DNA of 64,000 bases from an uncultured Alphaproteobacteria bacterium (GCA_958295695.1 OY282363.1:1037246-1101245), one strand, 5' to 3'. Positions 42,010 through 52,108 are shown, counted from the first letter of the stretch. Numbers and translations are program-made. Notes: generated by a model from the sequence alone, not told the origin.

Positions 42010-43383
42010 TCAGATCATCGTGAGCAGGCGGTCGTATTCCAGGTTCGTGATGTGGTCGTTGAACTCGTGGAACTCGGCCCATTTCAGCTTGCCGTGGACG
42101 TCCCACCACGCCTGGCCGAAGTAACCGGGCAGCACCTCGGCGCCGTCGAAGGCGCGCAGCGCGTCGACCCAGATGGCCGGCAGGCTCGCCGCGACCTTGT
42201 CGGCCGCGTTGCCCTCGATGGGTTCGCCCGGATCGATACGGTTGGCGACGCCGTGATGGACGCCCGCCAGCACCGCGGCGAGGACGAGATAGGGGTTGGC
42301 GTCGGCTCCGGCGGGACGGTGCTCGATCCGGCGCGCCGCCGCCGGGCCGCCCGGCACGCGCAGCGCGACCGTGCGGTTGTTGTAGCCCCAGGTCGGCGCC
42401 AGCGGCACCCAGCCGGCCGGCGTGACGCGGCGGAACGAGTTGACGTTCGGCGCCCAGATCGGCATGGCCTCGGCCATGGTGGCGGCGAGGCCGCCGACCG
42501 CGTGGCGGAACAGGTCGCTGCCGCGGGACCCGCCGTCGTCGAACGCGTTGCGTCCCTCCGCGTCCAGCAGCGACAGATGGATGTGGGTTCCACTCGCCGC
42601 GTGCTCGCGGAAGGGCCGCGCCATGAAGGTGGCGGTCGCGCCATGCCTCGCCGCCACGCCCTTGACCGCGCGCTTCAGCAGCATGGCGTGGTCGCAGGCC
42701 GCGACCGGATCGTCGGTATGTTTCAGGTTGATCTCGAACTGGCCCGGCGCGTACTCGATCGTCGCGACGTCGGCCGGGATGTTCTGCTCGCGGCAGGTCG
42801 CGACCATGTCGTCGAGGACCGGCGCGTAGGCGTCGATCTCGTCCATGAGATAGACCTGCGTCTCCGACGGCCTCCTTCCGGTCGCCGGAGCGCGCGCCAG
42901 GACCGGCCGTCCGTCCTCGCCGGCCCCGGCCTCGACCAGGTAGAACTCCAACTCGACGGCGACCACGGGCCGGTAGCCGAGGTCGGTCACCCGGTCCGCG
43001 ATCCGCCGCACGATATGGCGCGGGTCGAGCCACCAGGGTTCGCCGTCGTCGTCGCTCATCGTCATCAGGACCTGGGCCTGTTCCGGCCCGATCCAGGGCA
43101 CCGGCGCCAGGGTGCCCGGCGCCGCATGGCACGGGTAGTCCGGGTCGCCGTCGTTCGGACCCATGCCCGTGCTGTCGACATTGTTGCCCAGGATGTCGAG
43201 CGCGTAGGTCGAGCCGGGGAGGACCATGCCCGTCGTGTAGAGCTTACCGAGCGCCGAGACGTCCAACCGCTTGCCGCGCGGAATGCCGCAGATGTCGGGA
43301 ACGATCGCGTCGACCCGGCGCACGTCCGGATGGTTCCGCAGGAAGGACGCGGCCTCGTCGGCGGCCTTCGGTTGTCCGGTCAT
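42010..43383 (-). CDS. Glutamine synthetase-family gamma-glutamylamide ligase (PuuA-like)
   Basis: G..RGK, ELEFYL, EYAPGQFE, SG.HIH.S, WG.NNR, IEHR..GADANPY. Confidence 0.88.
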   Translation of the reverse strand: MTGQPKAADEAASFLRNHPDVRRVDAIVPDICGIPRGKRLDVSALGKLYTTGMVLPGSTYALDILGNNVDSTGMGPNDGDPDYPCHAAPGTLAPVPWIGPEQAQVLMTMSDDDGEPWWLDPRHIVRRIADRVTDLGYRPVVAVELEFYLVEAGAGEDGRPVLARAPATGRRPSETQVYLMDEIDAYAPVLDDMVATCREQNIPADVATIEYAPGQFEINLKHTDDPVAACDHAMLLKRAVKGVAARHGATATFMARPFREHAASGTHIHLSLLDAEGRNAFDDGGSRGSDLFRHAVGGLAATMAEAMPIWAPNVNSFRRVTPAGWVPLAPTWGYNNRTVALRVPGGPAAARRIEHRPAGADANPYLVLAAVLAGVHHGVANRIDPGEPIEGNAADKVAASLPAIWVDALRAFDGAEVLPGYFGQAWWDVHGKLKWAEFHEFNDHITNLEYDRLLTMI

Positions 43384-43420
43384 GGAGCGGATGTCCCCGC
43401 CGGGACGCCCGGCCGCCGGC

Positions 43421-43741
43421 TCACATGGAACTGTCGACCCACTCGTAGAGCTTGCTCTTGGGCAGGGCGCCGACCTTCACGGCGGCCACCTCGCCGCCCT
43501 TGAACATCATGATCGTCGGAATGCCGCGCACGCCGTATTTCGAGGGCGTGCCCGGATTCTGGTCGATGTTGACCTTCACGACCTGGACCTTGCCGCCATA
43601 CTCTTGCGCGAGGTCCTCGAGCGCGGGCGCGATCTGCTTGCAGGGGCCGCACCATTCGGCCCAGAAGTCGACCAGAACGGGGCCGTCGGCATGGAGGACA
43701 TCCCGTTCGAACGAGTCGTCGGTCGCGTGATGGATGCTCAT
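43421..43741 (-). CDS. trxA: Thioredoxin
   Basis: [16 protein letters not shown]. Confidence 0.97.
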   Translation of the reverse strand: MSIHHATDDSFERDVLHADGPVLVDFWAEWCGPCKQIAPALEDLAQEYGGKVQVVKVNIDQNPGTPSKYGVRGIPTIMMFKGGEVAAVKVGALPKSKLYEWVDSSM

Positions 43742-43808
43742 GGTCCTCGTCTCTCCCGATTTGTTGTCCCGCCACGCCGCCGGTCCGCCTGACGCCGGGG
43801 GAGGTCCC

Positions 43809-43839
43809 GTATATTGGCCGGCGGCGGGGAAGCGTCAAG
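43809..43839 (-). promoter_or_regulatory. Putative trxA promoter
   Basis: CTTGAC...CCAATATA on the minus strand, overlapping the addA stop codon. Confidence 0.55.
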
Positions 43840-46800
43840 CGGCGCGGGGGCTCCGCCCCGCAGGCCTGTGGGTATCCAGAAGTCTTGAAGGAATCTCTAC
43901 AAGTTCTGGTATATCGCACCACAACAAGCCGCAAGATATAGGTCTATCCGGGTAAATCATCCGCAAGATTTCCCGGTAGGCCGCGAGCTGCCCGAGATAG
44001 GCCGCCGGGGTGTCGTCGACCCGGTCGGGCACGGTCAGCCCGGTCTTGAAATCGACCACGCCGATTTTGTCTTCGGACACCGCCAGACGATCGACACGGC
44101 CGGACACGACCGTCTCCCCCACGACGCCCGCGATCGCGACCTCGGACCGGCCGCCGGGCGCGAAGACCGCCGCGAAGGCGGGATCGTCGAGGATGGCGAG
44201 CACGCGCGCGATCAATCCGTCGGCGGAGGCGTCCGGCAACGCGGGGTCGCGCCGGGCGACCAGCGCGCGCGCCGCGTCCCCGCGGCGGTCGGGTGCGAGA
44301 TCGGGCAGGAGCTCGAGGAGACGGTGGACCAGACGCCCCCGGCGCAGGGCGGCGCCGCCGTCGCTCCCGTCGAGCGGCGAGCGCGGCGCGGCCTCGCCGC
44401 CGGCGAACCGGGAAGGGCTGATCGGCTTGTCGATCGGACGTTCCGGCGGCGGCGGACCCAGGATGCCGGGCGGCGGACCCTCGAGCGGGACGCGATCCTC
44501 GGGGCCGGCGCGCCGGACCGCGACGGGCCGGCGTTGCGGCGACGCGAGCCGCAAGGCTTCTCCGTTCGGACCGCCCCCGGCGTCGTCCATCGCGATCCGC
44601 TCGACGCCGGGAAGCGCCGACAGGGCCGTCCGGACCATGTCGTGCCAGGAGCCCTCCACGCCCCTGTCGGCGCTCTTCGCCGCGGCGCAGACATACAAGC
44701 GGTCGCGCGCCCGGGTCAGGGCGACGTAGAGCAGGCGGCGTTCTTCCTCCGCGGCGCGCCGGCGGCGGCGGTCGTCGAGGGCTTCGCCCCAGGGCGCGCG
44801 TTCCTCCGCTCGGCCGACCCAGAGCGGGAGCCCGACCCGTGGGTCCCACAAAATCGCCGGTCCGGACGGTCCGCGGCCCATGACGTCGGCCAGAAAGACC
44901 ACCGGCGCCTGCAGGCCCTTGGCGCCGTGGACCGTCATGATGCGCACGGCGTCTCCGGCGGCCTCCGCCTCGCGCTTCACCTCGGCGGTGCCGCTGGAGA
45001 GCCACCAGACGAAACCCTGCAGCGACGGGACGTGGTCCCGCTCGAACGCGAGCGCGAGATTGAGGAACTCGTCGAGCGGGTCCTGGGCTTCGAGGCCGAG
45101 ACGGCCGATGAGCGCCTTGCGGCCGTTGAACCCCTCCGCGCGCGCGCTCGGCATCGACAGGATGCGGTCGAAGAACTCGAAGGGCGCAAGGTAATCGGCG
45201 GTGCCCAGAAGCGCCGCGATCCAGTCCGCGGCGCGCGCGAAGGCGTCCGAGTCGCCCTTCCGGCGCCGCAGCGCCGCCCACAGGGTCTCGCGGGCTTTCC
45301 CCTCGCCGCTCCCGCGCCACGCGAGGTCGAACAGCATGTCGTCGTCGAATCCGACGAACGGCCCTTTCAGGACCGCCGCGAGCGAGAGATCGTCCTCGGG
45401 CAGCAGGCAGACGCGGCCGATCGCCAGAAGGTCGCGGACCGCGACCTCGCCGGTCAGGTCCATCCGGTCGACGCCGGCGACCGCGACGCCCTTGCGGCGC
45501 AGCTCGCGGACCAGCGCGGACACCAGCTCGCCCCGGCGGCGGACGAGGACGAGGATGTCGCCGGGGCGGATCGTGTCTCCACGCGAGGCCAGGAGCTCGC
45601 CGGGTCCGTCGTCGCCGGTCATGGCCGCGATGTGGGCCGCGACCGCGGTCGCGAGGCGCGTGTCGCGGTCGCGCGGCCGGGTCTCGTCGAGGCAGGCCGT
45701 CCACGGATCGGGTTCCTCTTCGGCCGGTTCGTCCTCCAGGAGCGGCCAGACCTCGACGAGACCGCCGTCGTCCCCGCGGAACGGTTCGTGGCGGATCGCC
45801 TCGCCGTCCAGCGCGACGCCGGCGGCGGCCTCCGGCGCGGCGAAGACCGCATCGACCGCCTCGAGGACCGCCGGAACGGAACGGAAGGAGAGGTCCAGGG
45901 CGCCGTCGCGCCACTCGCCGGCGGGGGTGCGCTCCCGGATCCCGTCGCGCACGTTCCGGAGGGCCTCGACGTCGGCGCCCTGAAAGCTGAAGATCGACTG
46001 CTTCTCGTCGCCCACGACGAACAGGGTCCTGGGCTTCTCGCGGGCGCCTTCGCCGGCGAAGAACTCCTCGGTCAGCGCCAGGATGACCTCCCATTGGGCC
46101 GGGCTGGTGTCCTGCGCTTCGTCCACCAGGACATGGTCGAGACCGCCGTCGAGCTTGTAGAGGACCCAGGGCGAGACGCCGGGCCGGGTCAACAGGTCGC
46201 GCGCGCGGGCGATCAGGTCGTCGTAGTCCAGAACGGCCAGATCGCGCTTCCTCGCGCGAAAGGCGGCGAGGAGCTCCAGACCGAGGACCAGGATCGCGCG
46301 GGTCCGCTCGAACGTCGCCTTCGCCTTGATGTGCGCGTAGAGCGCGGCGAGCCGCTCCGTTTCCCGGTCGAGGACCGCCGCCGCGTCCGGCCGCGCCTCG
46401 CGCACCTTCCCCGTCCCGACGGGCCTCTTCCTCGGCGTCCGGTCGGCCTTCGTCAGAAAGCGCGCCGCATAGGTCTCCAACAGGGCCGGGCGCGCCTCCT
46501 CGCGGGCGTCGAGGAAGGCAAGGATGGTCTCCGCGGTCTCGCGGTCGGTCCTTCCCCCGTCGTCCAGGGCCCGGACGGCGGCCCGCAGGCCGGGCCCGTC
46601 GAGCGAGGAGTCCCGGCAGGTGTCGGCCTTGAGGTCGTCGATGCTCCGGTCCGGATCGGTCTCGAGTCCAGCGGCGACCGCGTCCAGCGCTCTGTCGAGC
46701 GAGCCGTAACGCGCCAGCATGCGGTCGAAGGCGCCGGCCTCGGCGCAGATTTCCCCGAGGAGGTCGCCGGCCCGCCTCTCCCCCGCCTCGGGCGCGAGCC

Positions 46801-49800
46801 GGTCGAGGGCGTCCCGCAGATGCGGCGCGCGGCCCGACGCGATGGCGTCGATCGCGTCGTCGCGCGCGGCGCGCAGCAGCTCGGAACGCGCCCGGTCCTC
46901 GATCACCTCGAAGTGGGGGGCGACGTCGGCCTCGAGCGGGAACCGTCCCAGCAGGGACTGGCAGAAGCCGTGGATTGTCGCGATCTGGAGCCCGCCGGGG
47001 GCTTCCAGCGTCGCCGCGAAGAGGCGGCGCGCACGCTCGACGGTCTCGCGGCCGGGCCTGGAGCCCGTCAGGGCCGCGATGTCCGCGGCGAGGTCGCCGT
47101 CGTCCATCGCCGACCAGTTCGCCAGCTCCTGGCGGACGCGGTTGGCCATCTCGGCGGCGGCCGCGCGCGTGAAGGTCAGGCAGAGGACGCGCGACGGCGC
47201 ATGGCCCTCCAGCAGGAGACGCAGCACCCTGTCGGTCAGGACCTTGGTCTTGCCCGCGCCCGCGGACGCGGCGACCCAGACCGTCCTGGACGGATCGGAC
47301 AGCGCCTGCTGCCGGGTGTCGGGCCCGCGGGGGCGGGGCGTCTCGCGTTCCGGCGCGCCGCCGTCGGACACATCGTCCAGGAGGGCGCGCCAGCCCAGGC
47401 GCCACTCGTTGGTGCGCGCGAGGTCGAGGTAGTCGTCGAAACGGCCTATGGCCGCGCCGGCGGGATGGTCGAGATAGGCCGTCTCCGGGTCGGCGAAGGC
47501 CGCGACGAGGCGCTCCAGTCCGTCGAGCGCCTCGCGCGCGACGGCGGACGGATCCTCCCGGGTCGCGGGCCGCGCGGACCCCGCCGGCCGTCCGCCCGAG
47601 AGCGTCCAGTATTCCAGTCCGGTCACGGTCGCCGCGCCGACCGCCTCGAAGGCGCCGGCCTCCGCCAGGGCGGCTTCGAGCGGAAGCTGGGGCGCGCTCC
47701 CGGCGGTCACGCTCTTCTTGGCCGGCGCGACGCCGGTCTTGTAGTCCACGATGCGGAGCGCGCCGTCGGACGACACCTCCAGGCGGTCGGCCTTCGCGCT
47801 CAGCGTGAAGCGGCCGCCGCGCCCGTCGTCGATCTCCATGTGTCCCGGCTGCTCGGCCAGGACCCGGCTCAGCGTCTCGCGCCGCCGCCTCTCCTCCTCC
47901 ACGAACCACGCGGCGATGCGCTCGAAGCGCGGCCACCAGAAGGCCGCGACCGAGGGGCGGTCCAACATGGCGCCGAGGACGGTCCGGCCGTGGGCCAGCA
48001 GCCGCTCCAGGGCGTCGGGGGAGAGCTCCTCCGGGAACTCGGCGACGAGGCGTTCCAGCGCCTCGTGAACGAAGCTCCCGCGCGCCGCGGCGTCCGCGTC
48101 CTCGTCGATCTCGTCGAGCGGGCGCAGGCCGAGGATGTGCCGGGCGTAGATGGCATAGGGGTCGCGTTGCCAGATCTCGACCTGGGTGACGGAAAGGCCC
48201 GTCGGCCGCGCTTCGAGCGGCGGGCGGGGACGCGGCGCGGAGACGGGCTCCACCGCGGGCGGACGATCGAGCATCGATTGCCAATGCCGCCACGGCGTCG
48301 CGCCGGCCACGGCCGGCCGCGCCAGGCCATGGGCGTCGAGCATGGCCCGCAACCTCACGAGCCATCGCGCCGGCACGGTCGGCGCCCCGCCCGACCGTTC
48401 GGAGTGGAGCAGCAGGACCCGGCCGGCGGAAGCGGCCTGGACGAAGTCGTGCGCGGCGAGCCCGACGCGCCGCTCGGGCGTCGTCAGACCGAACCGCGCG
48501 CGCATCGGCCGGCTCAGCCAGGGATCGCCAAGCGGCTCCGGCGGCCAGCTTCCCTCCACGAGGCCCGCCAGGATCATGCAGTCGGCGTGCTGCATGCGGG
48601 CTTCCAGCGGCCCCCAGATGAACGCCCTGGGGTGCCGGCCGAAGCGGGGACGCACGATCCGGCCGGCCAGAAGCGAGTCGATCAACGCCGGATAGGACGA
48701 GGTGTCGACAAAGCCCAGCGCATCGGCATGGGCGTGGAGGTCGGCCACGAAGACGCGCAGCGCCGCGCCGTCGTCGTCGCGCCAGACCGGTCCCGTCGAG
48801 CCGTCCGCGGACCTTGCGAGACGTTCCATCGCCAGCCCGTGCGCCGCGACCAGCCTGTCGAGGGACGCCCGCCGGCCGGTCAGGAGACCGGCGAGGTCGC
48901 CGACCGCGTCTTCGAGCTCGTCGAGGAACGCCAGCAGCGCGGCCCGCCCCGGGCAATCGGGGAGCGCGCGGCGAAGGCCGTCCATGCCGGGCGCGGGGCG
49001 GGGACCGCGCAACGCCGCGCGCTCGAGCGCGCGCACGAGGCCGCGCATGGCTCCGGCGTCCCGGCCGAGGCGCAGGAAGGGGTGCTTCAGCAGGGCCAGC
49101 AGCGGGACCGGAGCGCATCGGGCCGCCAAGGCGCGGGCCATGAGCCGGAAGAAGGCGCCGGCCGGCGTCGCCGAGAGAGGAACGCCCGCCGAATCGTCCG
49201 CCTCGACGCCCCAGCGCGTCAGCTCGGCCGCGACGCGGCGCGCCAGCGCCCGGTCCCGGGTCACCAACGCGACGGTTCCGCCTTTCTCTTCGAGCTCGGC
49301 CCGCATGCGCAGCGCCGCCACCCGGGCCTCCTCGCGCGGGTTCGCGCAGGCCGCGATCTCGAGCCCCTCGACGGCCTTCCCGTCGGGCGTTCCGGCGGGA
49401 CCGGCCTCCGGCGGGCGCAGGGCGTCCGAGAGGAGCCGGCGGCGCGCGGGATTGCCTTGCGGGAGGCCCGCTGGCCGGGCGACCGGCCAGGGCCGGACCG
49501 CCGTCCGGTCGACCTCGAGGCTGTCGAGCAGGGTCTTGATTCCATGTTGCGGGTGGCTGGGTCCGATCAACGCCCAGGCGTCGTCGTCCATGTCCCCGTC
49601 CAGCCCGGGGAGGACGACGACGCCTTCGGGCAGCCGGGCCACGACGGCCAGGAGCCGCGACGTCGCGGGGATCGAACCGGTCGATCCCGCCGCGACCACC
49701 GGGCGGGCCGGCGGGTTCCCGCGCCATTCGTCGGCGAGGCTGTCGAGCAGGCGGCGCCGCCTCGCCGCCGGGTCGAGCCTGCCCTCGGCGGCGAGGCGTC

Positions 49801-50320
49801 GCCGCCAGGCGCCGCTCGCGCTTCTCAGGAAGCGCAGGGTGGTCTGCCAGTGTTCCGAGAGCTCGGCCTCGACGAGGGTCTCGAGATCCGCGAGGTCGGC
49901 CTCGGCGGTGTCGACTTCGTCGATGAAGGCGGCGAGCGCGTCGGAGAGCCTGACCGCGTGCTCGTCGCCGGCGGTCCCGAACCCGGGGTCGGACCGGATC
50001 TGCCGGGCGAGCAGAAGCCGGCGGCGCATGGGATCGACCGCCGGCGCGATGTCGAGCGCCGTCTCGCCTTCGCCCACCGCGGCCACGGCGAGCTCGTCCT
50101 CGTCGATGTCGCCGATCGGCCGGATCGCGGGAAGGATCAGCGCGCGTCCCTCCGACTGGCGCAGGAACGCCTCGCGCAGATGGCGCGCCGCGCGGCGGGT
50201 CGGCACCAGGACGAGCGCGTCGGCGAGCCGGTCGGGTTCGCCGCCGTGGCGGTCGAGCACGCCGGCCGCGAGGGCGTCGACGAACGATGTCCCGGCCGCG
50301 ATGTTGAAGACGCCGCTCAT
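43835..50320 (-). CDS. addBA: AddB-AddA fusion helicase/nuclease (single ORF, 2161 aa)
   Basis: N-half AddB (PTRRA, AAGSTGSIPAT, RDPY..YA, KADR.E..IVDYKTG, QL); C-half AddA (ASAGAGKT, TIHGFC, VDEAQD, GD.KQSI, TVHGAKG, YVALTRA, GR.DR..DFKT..QL..Y); no stop between them. Confidence 0.9.
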   Translation of the reverse strand: MSGVFNIAAGTSFVDALAAGVLDRHGGEPDRLADALVLVPTRRAARHLREAFLRQSEGRALILPAIRPIGDIDEDELAVAAVGEGETALDIAPAVDPMRRRLLLARQIRSDPGFGTAGDEHAVRLSDALAAFIDEVDTAEADLADLETLVEAELSEHWQTTLRFLRSASGAWRRRLAAEGRLDPAARRRRLLDSLADEWRGNPPARPVVAAGSTGSIPATSRLLAVVARLPEGVVVLPGLDGDMDDDAWALIGPSHPQHGIKTLLDSLEVDRTAVRPWPVARPAGLPQGNPARRRLLSDALRPPEAGPAGTPDGKAVEGLEIAACANPREEARVAALRMRAELEEKGGTVALVTRDRALARRVAAELTRWGVEADDSAGVPLSATPAGAFFRLMARALAARCAPVPLLALLKHPFLRLGRDAGAMRGLVRALERAALRGPRPAPGMDGLRRALPDCPGRAALLAFLDELEDAVGDLAGLLTGRRASLDRLVAAHGLAMERLARSADGSTGPVWRDDDGAALRVFVADLHAHADALGFVDTSSYPALIDSLLAGRIVRPRFGRHPRAFIWGPLEARMQHADCMILAGLVEGSWPPEPLGDPWLSRPMRARFGLTTPERRVGLAAHDFVQAASAGRVLLLHSERSGGAPTVPARWLVRLRAMLDAHGLARPAVAGATPWRHWQSMLDRPPAVEPVSAPRPRPPLEARPTGLSVTQVEIWQRDPYAIYARHILGLRPLDEIDEDADAAARGSFVHEALERLVAEFPEELSPDALERLLAHGRTVLGAMLDRPSVAAFWWPRFERIAAWFVEEERRRRETLSRVLAEQPGHMEIDDGRGGRFTLSAKADRLEVSSDGALRIVDYKTGVAPAKKSVTAGSAPQLPLEAALAEAGAFEAVGAATVTGLEYWTLSGGRPAGSARPATREDPSAVAREALDGLERLVAAFADPETAYLDHPAGAAIGRFDDYLDLARTNEWRLGWRALLDDVSDGGAPERETPRPRGPDTRQQALSDPSRTVWVAASAGAGKTKVLTDRVLRLLLEGHAPSRVLCLTFTRAAAAEMANRVRQELANWSAMDDGDLAADIAALTGSRPGRETVERARRLFAATLEAPGGLQIATIHGFCQSLLGRFPLEADVAPHFEVIEDRARSELLRAARDDAIDAIASGRAPHLRDALDRLAPEAGERRAGDLLGEICAEAGAFDRMLARYGSLDRALDAVAAGLETDPDRSIDDLKADTCRDSSLDGPGLRAAVRALDDGGRTDRETAETILAFLDAREEARPALLETYAARFLTKADRTPRKRPVGTGKVREARPDAAAVLDRETERLAALYAHIKAKATFERTRAILVLGLELLAAFRARKRDLAVLDYDDLIARARDLLTRPGVSPWVLYKLDGGLDHVLVDEAQDTSPAQWEVILALTEEFFAGEGAREKPRTLFVVGDEKQSIFSFQGADVEALRNVRDGIRERTPAGEWRDGALDLSFRSVPAVLEAVDAVFAAPEAAAGVALDGEAIRHEPFRGDDGGLVEVWPLLEDEPAEEEPDPWTACLDETRPRDRDTRLATAVAAHIAAMTGDDGPGELLASRGDTIRPGDILVLVRRRGELVSALVRELRRKGVAVAGVDRMDLTGEVAVRDLLAIGRVCLLPEDDLSLAAVLKGPFVGFDDDMLFDLAWRGSGEGKARETLWAALRRRKGDSDAFARAADWIAALLGTADYLAPFEFFDRILSMPSARAEGFNGRKALIGRLGLEAQDPLDEFLNLALAFERDHVPSLQGFVWWLSSGTAEVKREAEAAGDAVRIMTVHGAKGLQAPVVFLADVMGRGPSGPAILWDPRVGLPLWVGRAEERAPWGEALDDRRRRRAAEEERRLLYVALTRARDRLYVCAAAKSADRGVEGSWHDMVRTALSALPGVERIAMDDAGGGPNGEALRLASPQRRPVAVRRAGPEDRVPLEGPPPGILGPPPPERPIDKPISPSRFAGGEAAPRSPLDGSDGGAALRRGRLVHRLLELLPDLAPDRRGDAARALVARRDPALPDASADGLIARVLAILDDPAFAAVFAPGGRSEVAIAGVVGETVVSGRVDRLAVSEDKIGVVDFKTGLTVPDRVDDTPAAYLGQLAAYREILRMIYPDRPISCGLLWCDIPELVEIPSRLLDTHRPAGRSPRAA
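43897..43976. promoter_or_regulatory. Tandem NrdR-box-like sites inside the addA 3' end
   Basis: Cores CAAGTTCTGG (43900), CAAGATATAG (43932), CAAGATTTCC (43964) at 32-bp spacing. Confidence 0.5.
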
Positions 50321-51024
50321 GGCTGTCCGGCGAGCCAGCGCTCGGCGGCCGCGAGGTTCGCGGGCGTGTCCACGGTGAACCAGCCGCCCCGGTGGAGGAC
50401 GCCGTGGAGCCGGCCCGTGGCGATCGCCCTGTCCCACAGAAGGTTGAAGGAGAAGGGTGCCTCCGGCGCATCGGCAAAGAGCCTGGGGTGGACGATCTGG
50501 ACGCTGGCGTAGACGAACGGCGCCCGCGCGGCTCCGCCTCGCCGGGTCAGCCCGCCGCCGGGCTCCATGAAGAAGTCGCCGGCTCCGCCGAAGCCTCCGG
50601 CCCGTTCGCGGGGCACGACGAGGAGGAGCGCCTCCATGTCCTCGTCGCGCCAGGCGCGTGCGAGGACCGACAGGGCGTCGCGGCCGGCCTCGGACAGCAG
50701 TACGTCGCCGTTGGCGACGACGAACGGGTCGGCGCCGAGCAGGGGGAGCGCCTTCAGCGCGCCCCCGCCGGTGTCGAGCAACTCGGCCTCGCGCGACAGG
50801 ATGACGGGCGGCCTGCTCCGCCGGGCCGCGGCCTCGGCCACCAGGTCGGCGAGGTGCCAGACGTTCACCACGACGAGATCGAGGCCCTCGAAGCGGTCGA
50901 GCATGCGGTCGAGCATCGACCGGCCGGCGATCTCGATGAGGGGCTTGGGCGTGCGGTCGGAGAGGGGCCGCATCCGCTCGCCGCGGCCCGCCGCCAGGAC
51001 CATGCCGCGCCGCGGCGCGATCAT
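50317..51024 (-). CDS. murU: N-acetylmuramate alpha-1-phosphate uridylyltransferase (MurU-like)
   Basis: LAAGRG.RMRPL...PKPL, LDTGGG, NGD; between amgK and addB. Confidence 0.88.
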   Translation of the reverse strand: MIAPRRGMVLAAGRGERMRPLSDRTPKPLIEIAGRSMLDRMLDRFEGLDLVVVNVWHLADLVAEAAARRSRPPVILSREAELLDTGGGALKALPLLGADPFVVANGDVLLSEAGRDALSVLARAWRDEDMEALLLVVPRERAGGFGGAGDFFMEPGGGLTRRGGAARAPFVYASVQIVHPRLFADAPEAPFSFNLLWDRAIATGRLHGVLHRGGWFTVDTPANLAAAERWLAGQP

Positions 51025-52037
51025 GCCGCTCTCGTCCGCGCCGGCGGCGGGATCCAGCGGTCCAGCCAGTCCGCCAGGGGAGCCAGGGCGGGATGGCCGA
51101 GATCGCGGGCGACATGGCCCCAGACCCTGTCCATGTAGGCCTGATAGCCCGGCTTGCCGTCGCGCGCGAGCAGCCGGCAGAAAATCCCCACGATCTTCAG
51201 GTTCCTCTGCGCGCCCATGACCGCGTAGGAGGTCAGGAAACCGTCCCGGCCGAGCCCGGCCGCGCGCGCGCGATAGCGGTCGATGCAGGCATCGACGGTC
51301 CCGGCCGCCACGTCGCGTCTGGCGTCCTCGAGCAGCGAGACGATGTCGTAGGTGGCCGGCCCGATTACGGCGTCCTGGAAATCGAGCTGGCCGACGCGGG
51401 CGACGCCGCGGCGTTCGGGGAGCCAGAGCAGGTTGTCGGCGTGATAGTCGCGCAGGACGACCCGGTCCGGCGCCAGACGGGCCAGGGGCAGAAGGCCGTC
51501 CCAGAGCGCGACGAAATCGCTCCGCCCCTCGTCGGTCAGGTCGAGGCCGGCCAGCGGCATGAACCAGTCGGTCAGCAGCGACAGCTCGAAGTGGAACAGC
51601 GCGTCGTCGTAAGCCGGAAGATCGTCCGGCGGCGCGGCGCCGTGAAGCGCGACCAGGGCGTCGATGGCGGAGAGGTAGAGGGTCCGTTCGTCCGCGCCGC
51701 CGCGCAGGACGCGCGCGTAGAGGCCGTCGCCCAGATCCTCCAGCAGCAGGAACCCGGCGTCCGTGTCCGCCGCGAGCACGGCGGGGGCGGCCAGCCCGGC
51801 GGACGCCAGATACCCGGCTACGCGCACGAAGGGCCGGACATCCTCCTCGGGCGGCGGCGCGTCCATCAGGACGGCGCGTCCTTTGGGTCCCTCGAGGCGC
51901 TCGTACCGGCGGAACGACGCATCGCCCGCCAGCGCGCCGCGTCTGGCGTCACCCCATCCGCACCGCGCGAGGAACGCGCCCAGCCGCGCCTCGCGCGCGG
52001 CGGAAAAGCGCGGCCGGTTGTCCGGGCGGGGCGTCAT
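51021..52037 (-). CDS. amgK: Anomeric MurNAc/GlcNAc kinase (AmgK-like phosphotransferase)
   Basis: LAGDASFRRY.R, MDAPP, LLEDLG, RDYH..NL, LDFQDA, QRN.K..GIF.RL..RDGK..Y. Confidence 0.88.
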   Translation of the reverse strand: MTPRPDNRPRFSAAREARLGAFLARCGWGDARRGALAGDASFRRYERLEGPKGRAVLMDAPPPEEDVRPFVRVAGYLASAGLAAPAVLAADTDAGFLLLEDLGDGLYARVLRGGADERTLYLSAIDALVALHGAAPPDDLPAYDDALFHFELSLLTDWFMPLAGLDLTDEGRSDFVALWDGLLPLARLAPDRVVLRDYHADNLLWLPERRGVARVGQLDFQDAVIGPATYDIVSLLEDARRDVAAGTVDACIDRYRARAAGLGRDGFLTSYAVMGAQRNLKIVGIFCRLLARDGKPGYQAYMDRVWGHVARDLGHPALAPLADWLDRWIPPPARTRAA

Positions 52038-52108
52038 CGGCTAAGTCGTAGCCCCGCGAGCGGCGCGAGAAAAGCGCGTCGCGTCGGGTGGCGGCGCAGG
52101 GATAACCC

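Noticed and set aside
43867..43970. oriC or dif site in the AT-rich addA tract
   Set aside because: DnaA-box-like words have two or more mismatches, there is no TTATG XerD arm, and it lies within a coding region
43944..50512. Very long alternative-frame and antisense ORFs (2177 aa and 2062 aa here; also 2706-6041, 16659-20663, 32699-36817)
   Set aside because: Shadow ORFs from high GC and stop-codon scarcity; Arg/Pro/Gly-rich, no motifs, overlapping well-recognised genes
50320..51115. N-terminal 265 codons of the 2426-aa ORF as part of AddB
   Set aside because: Overlaps murU and amgK in another frame; AddB similarity starts at ATG 50320
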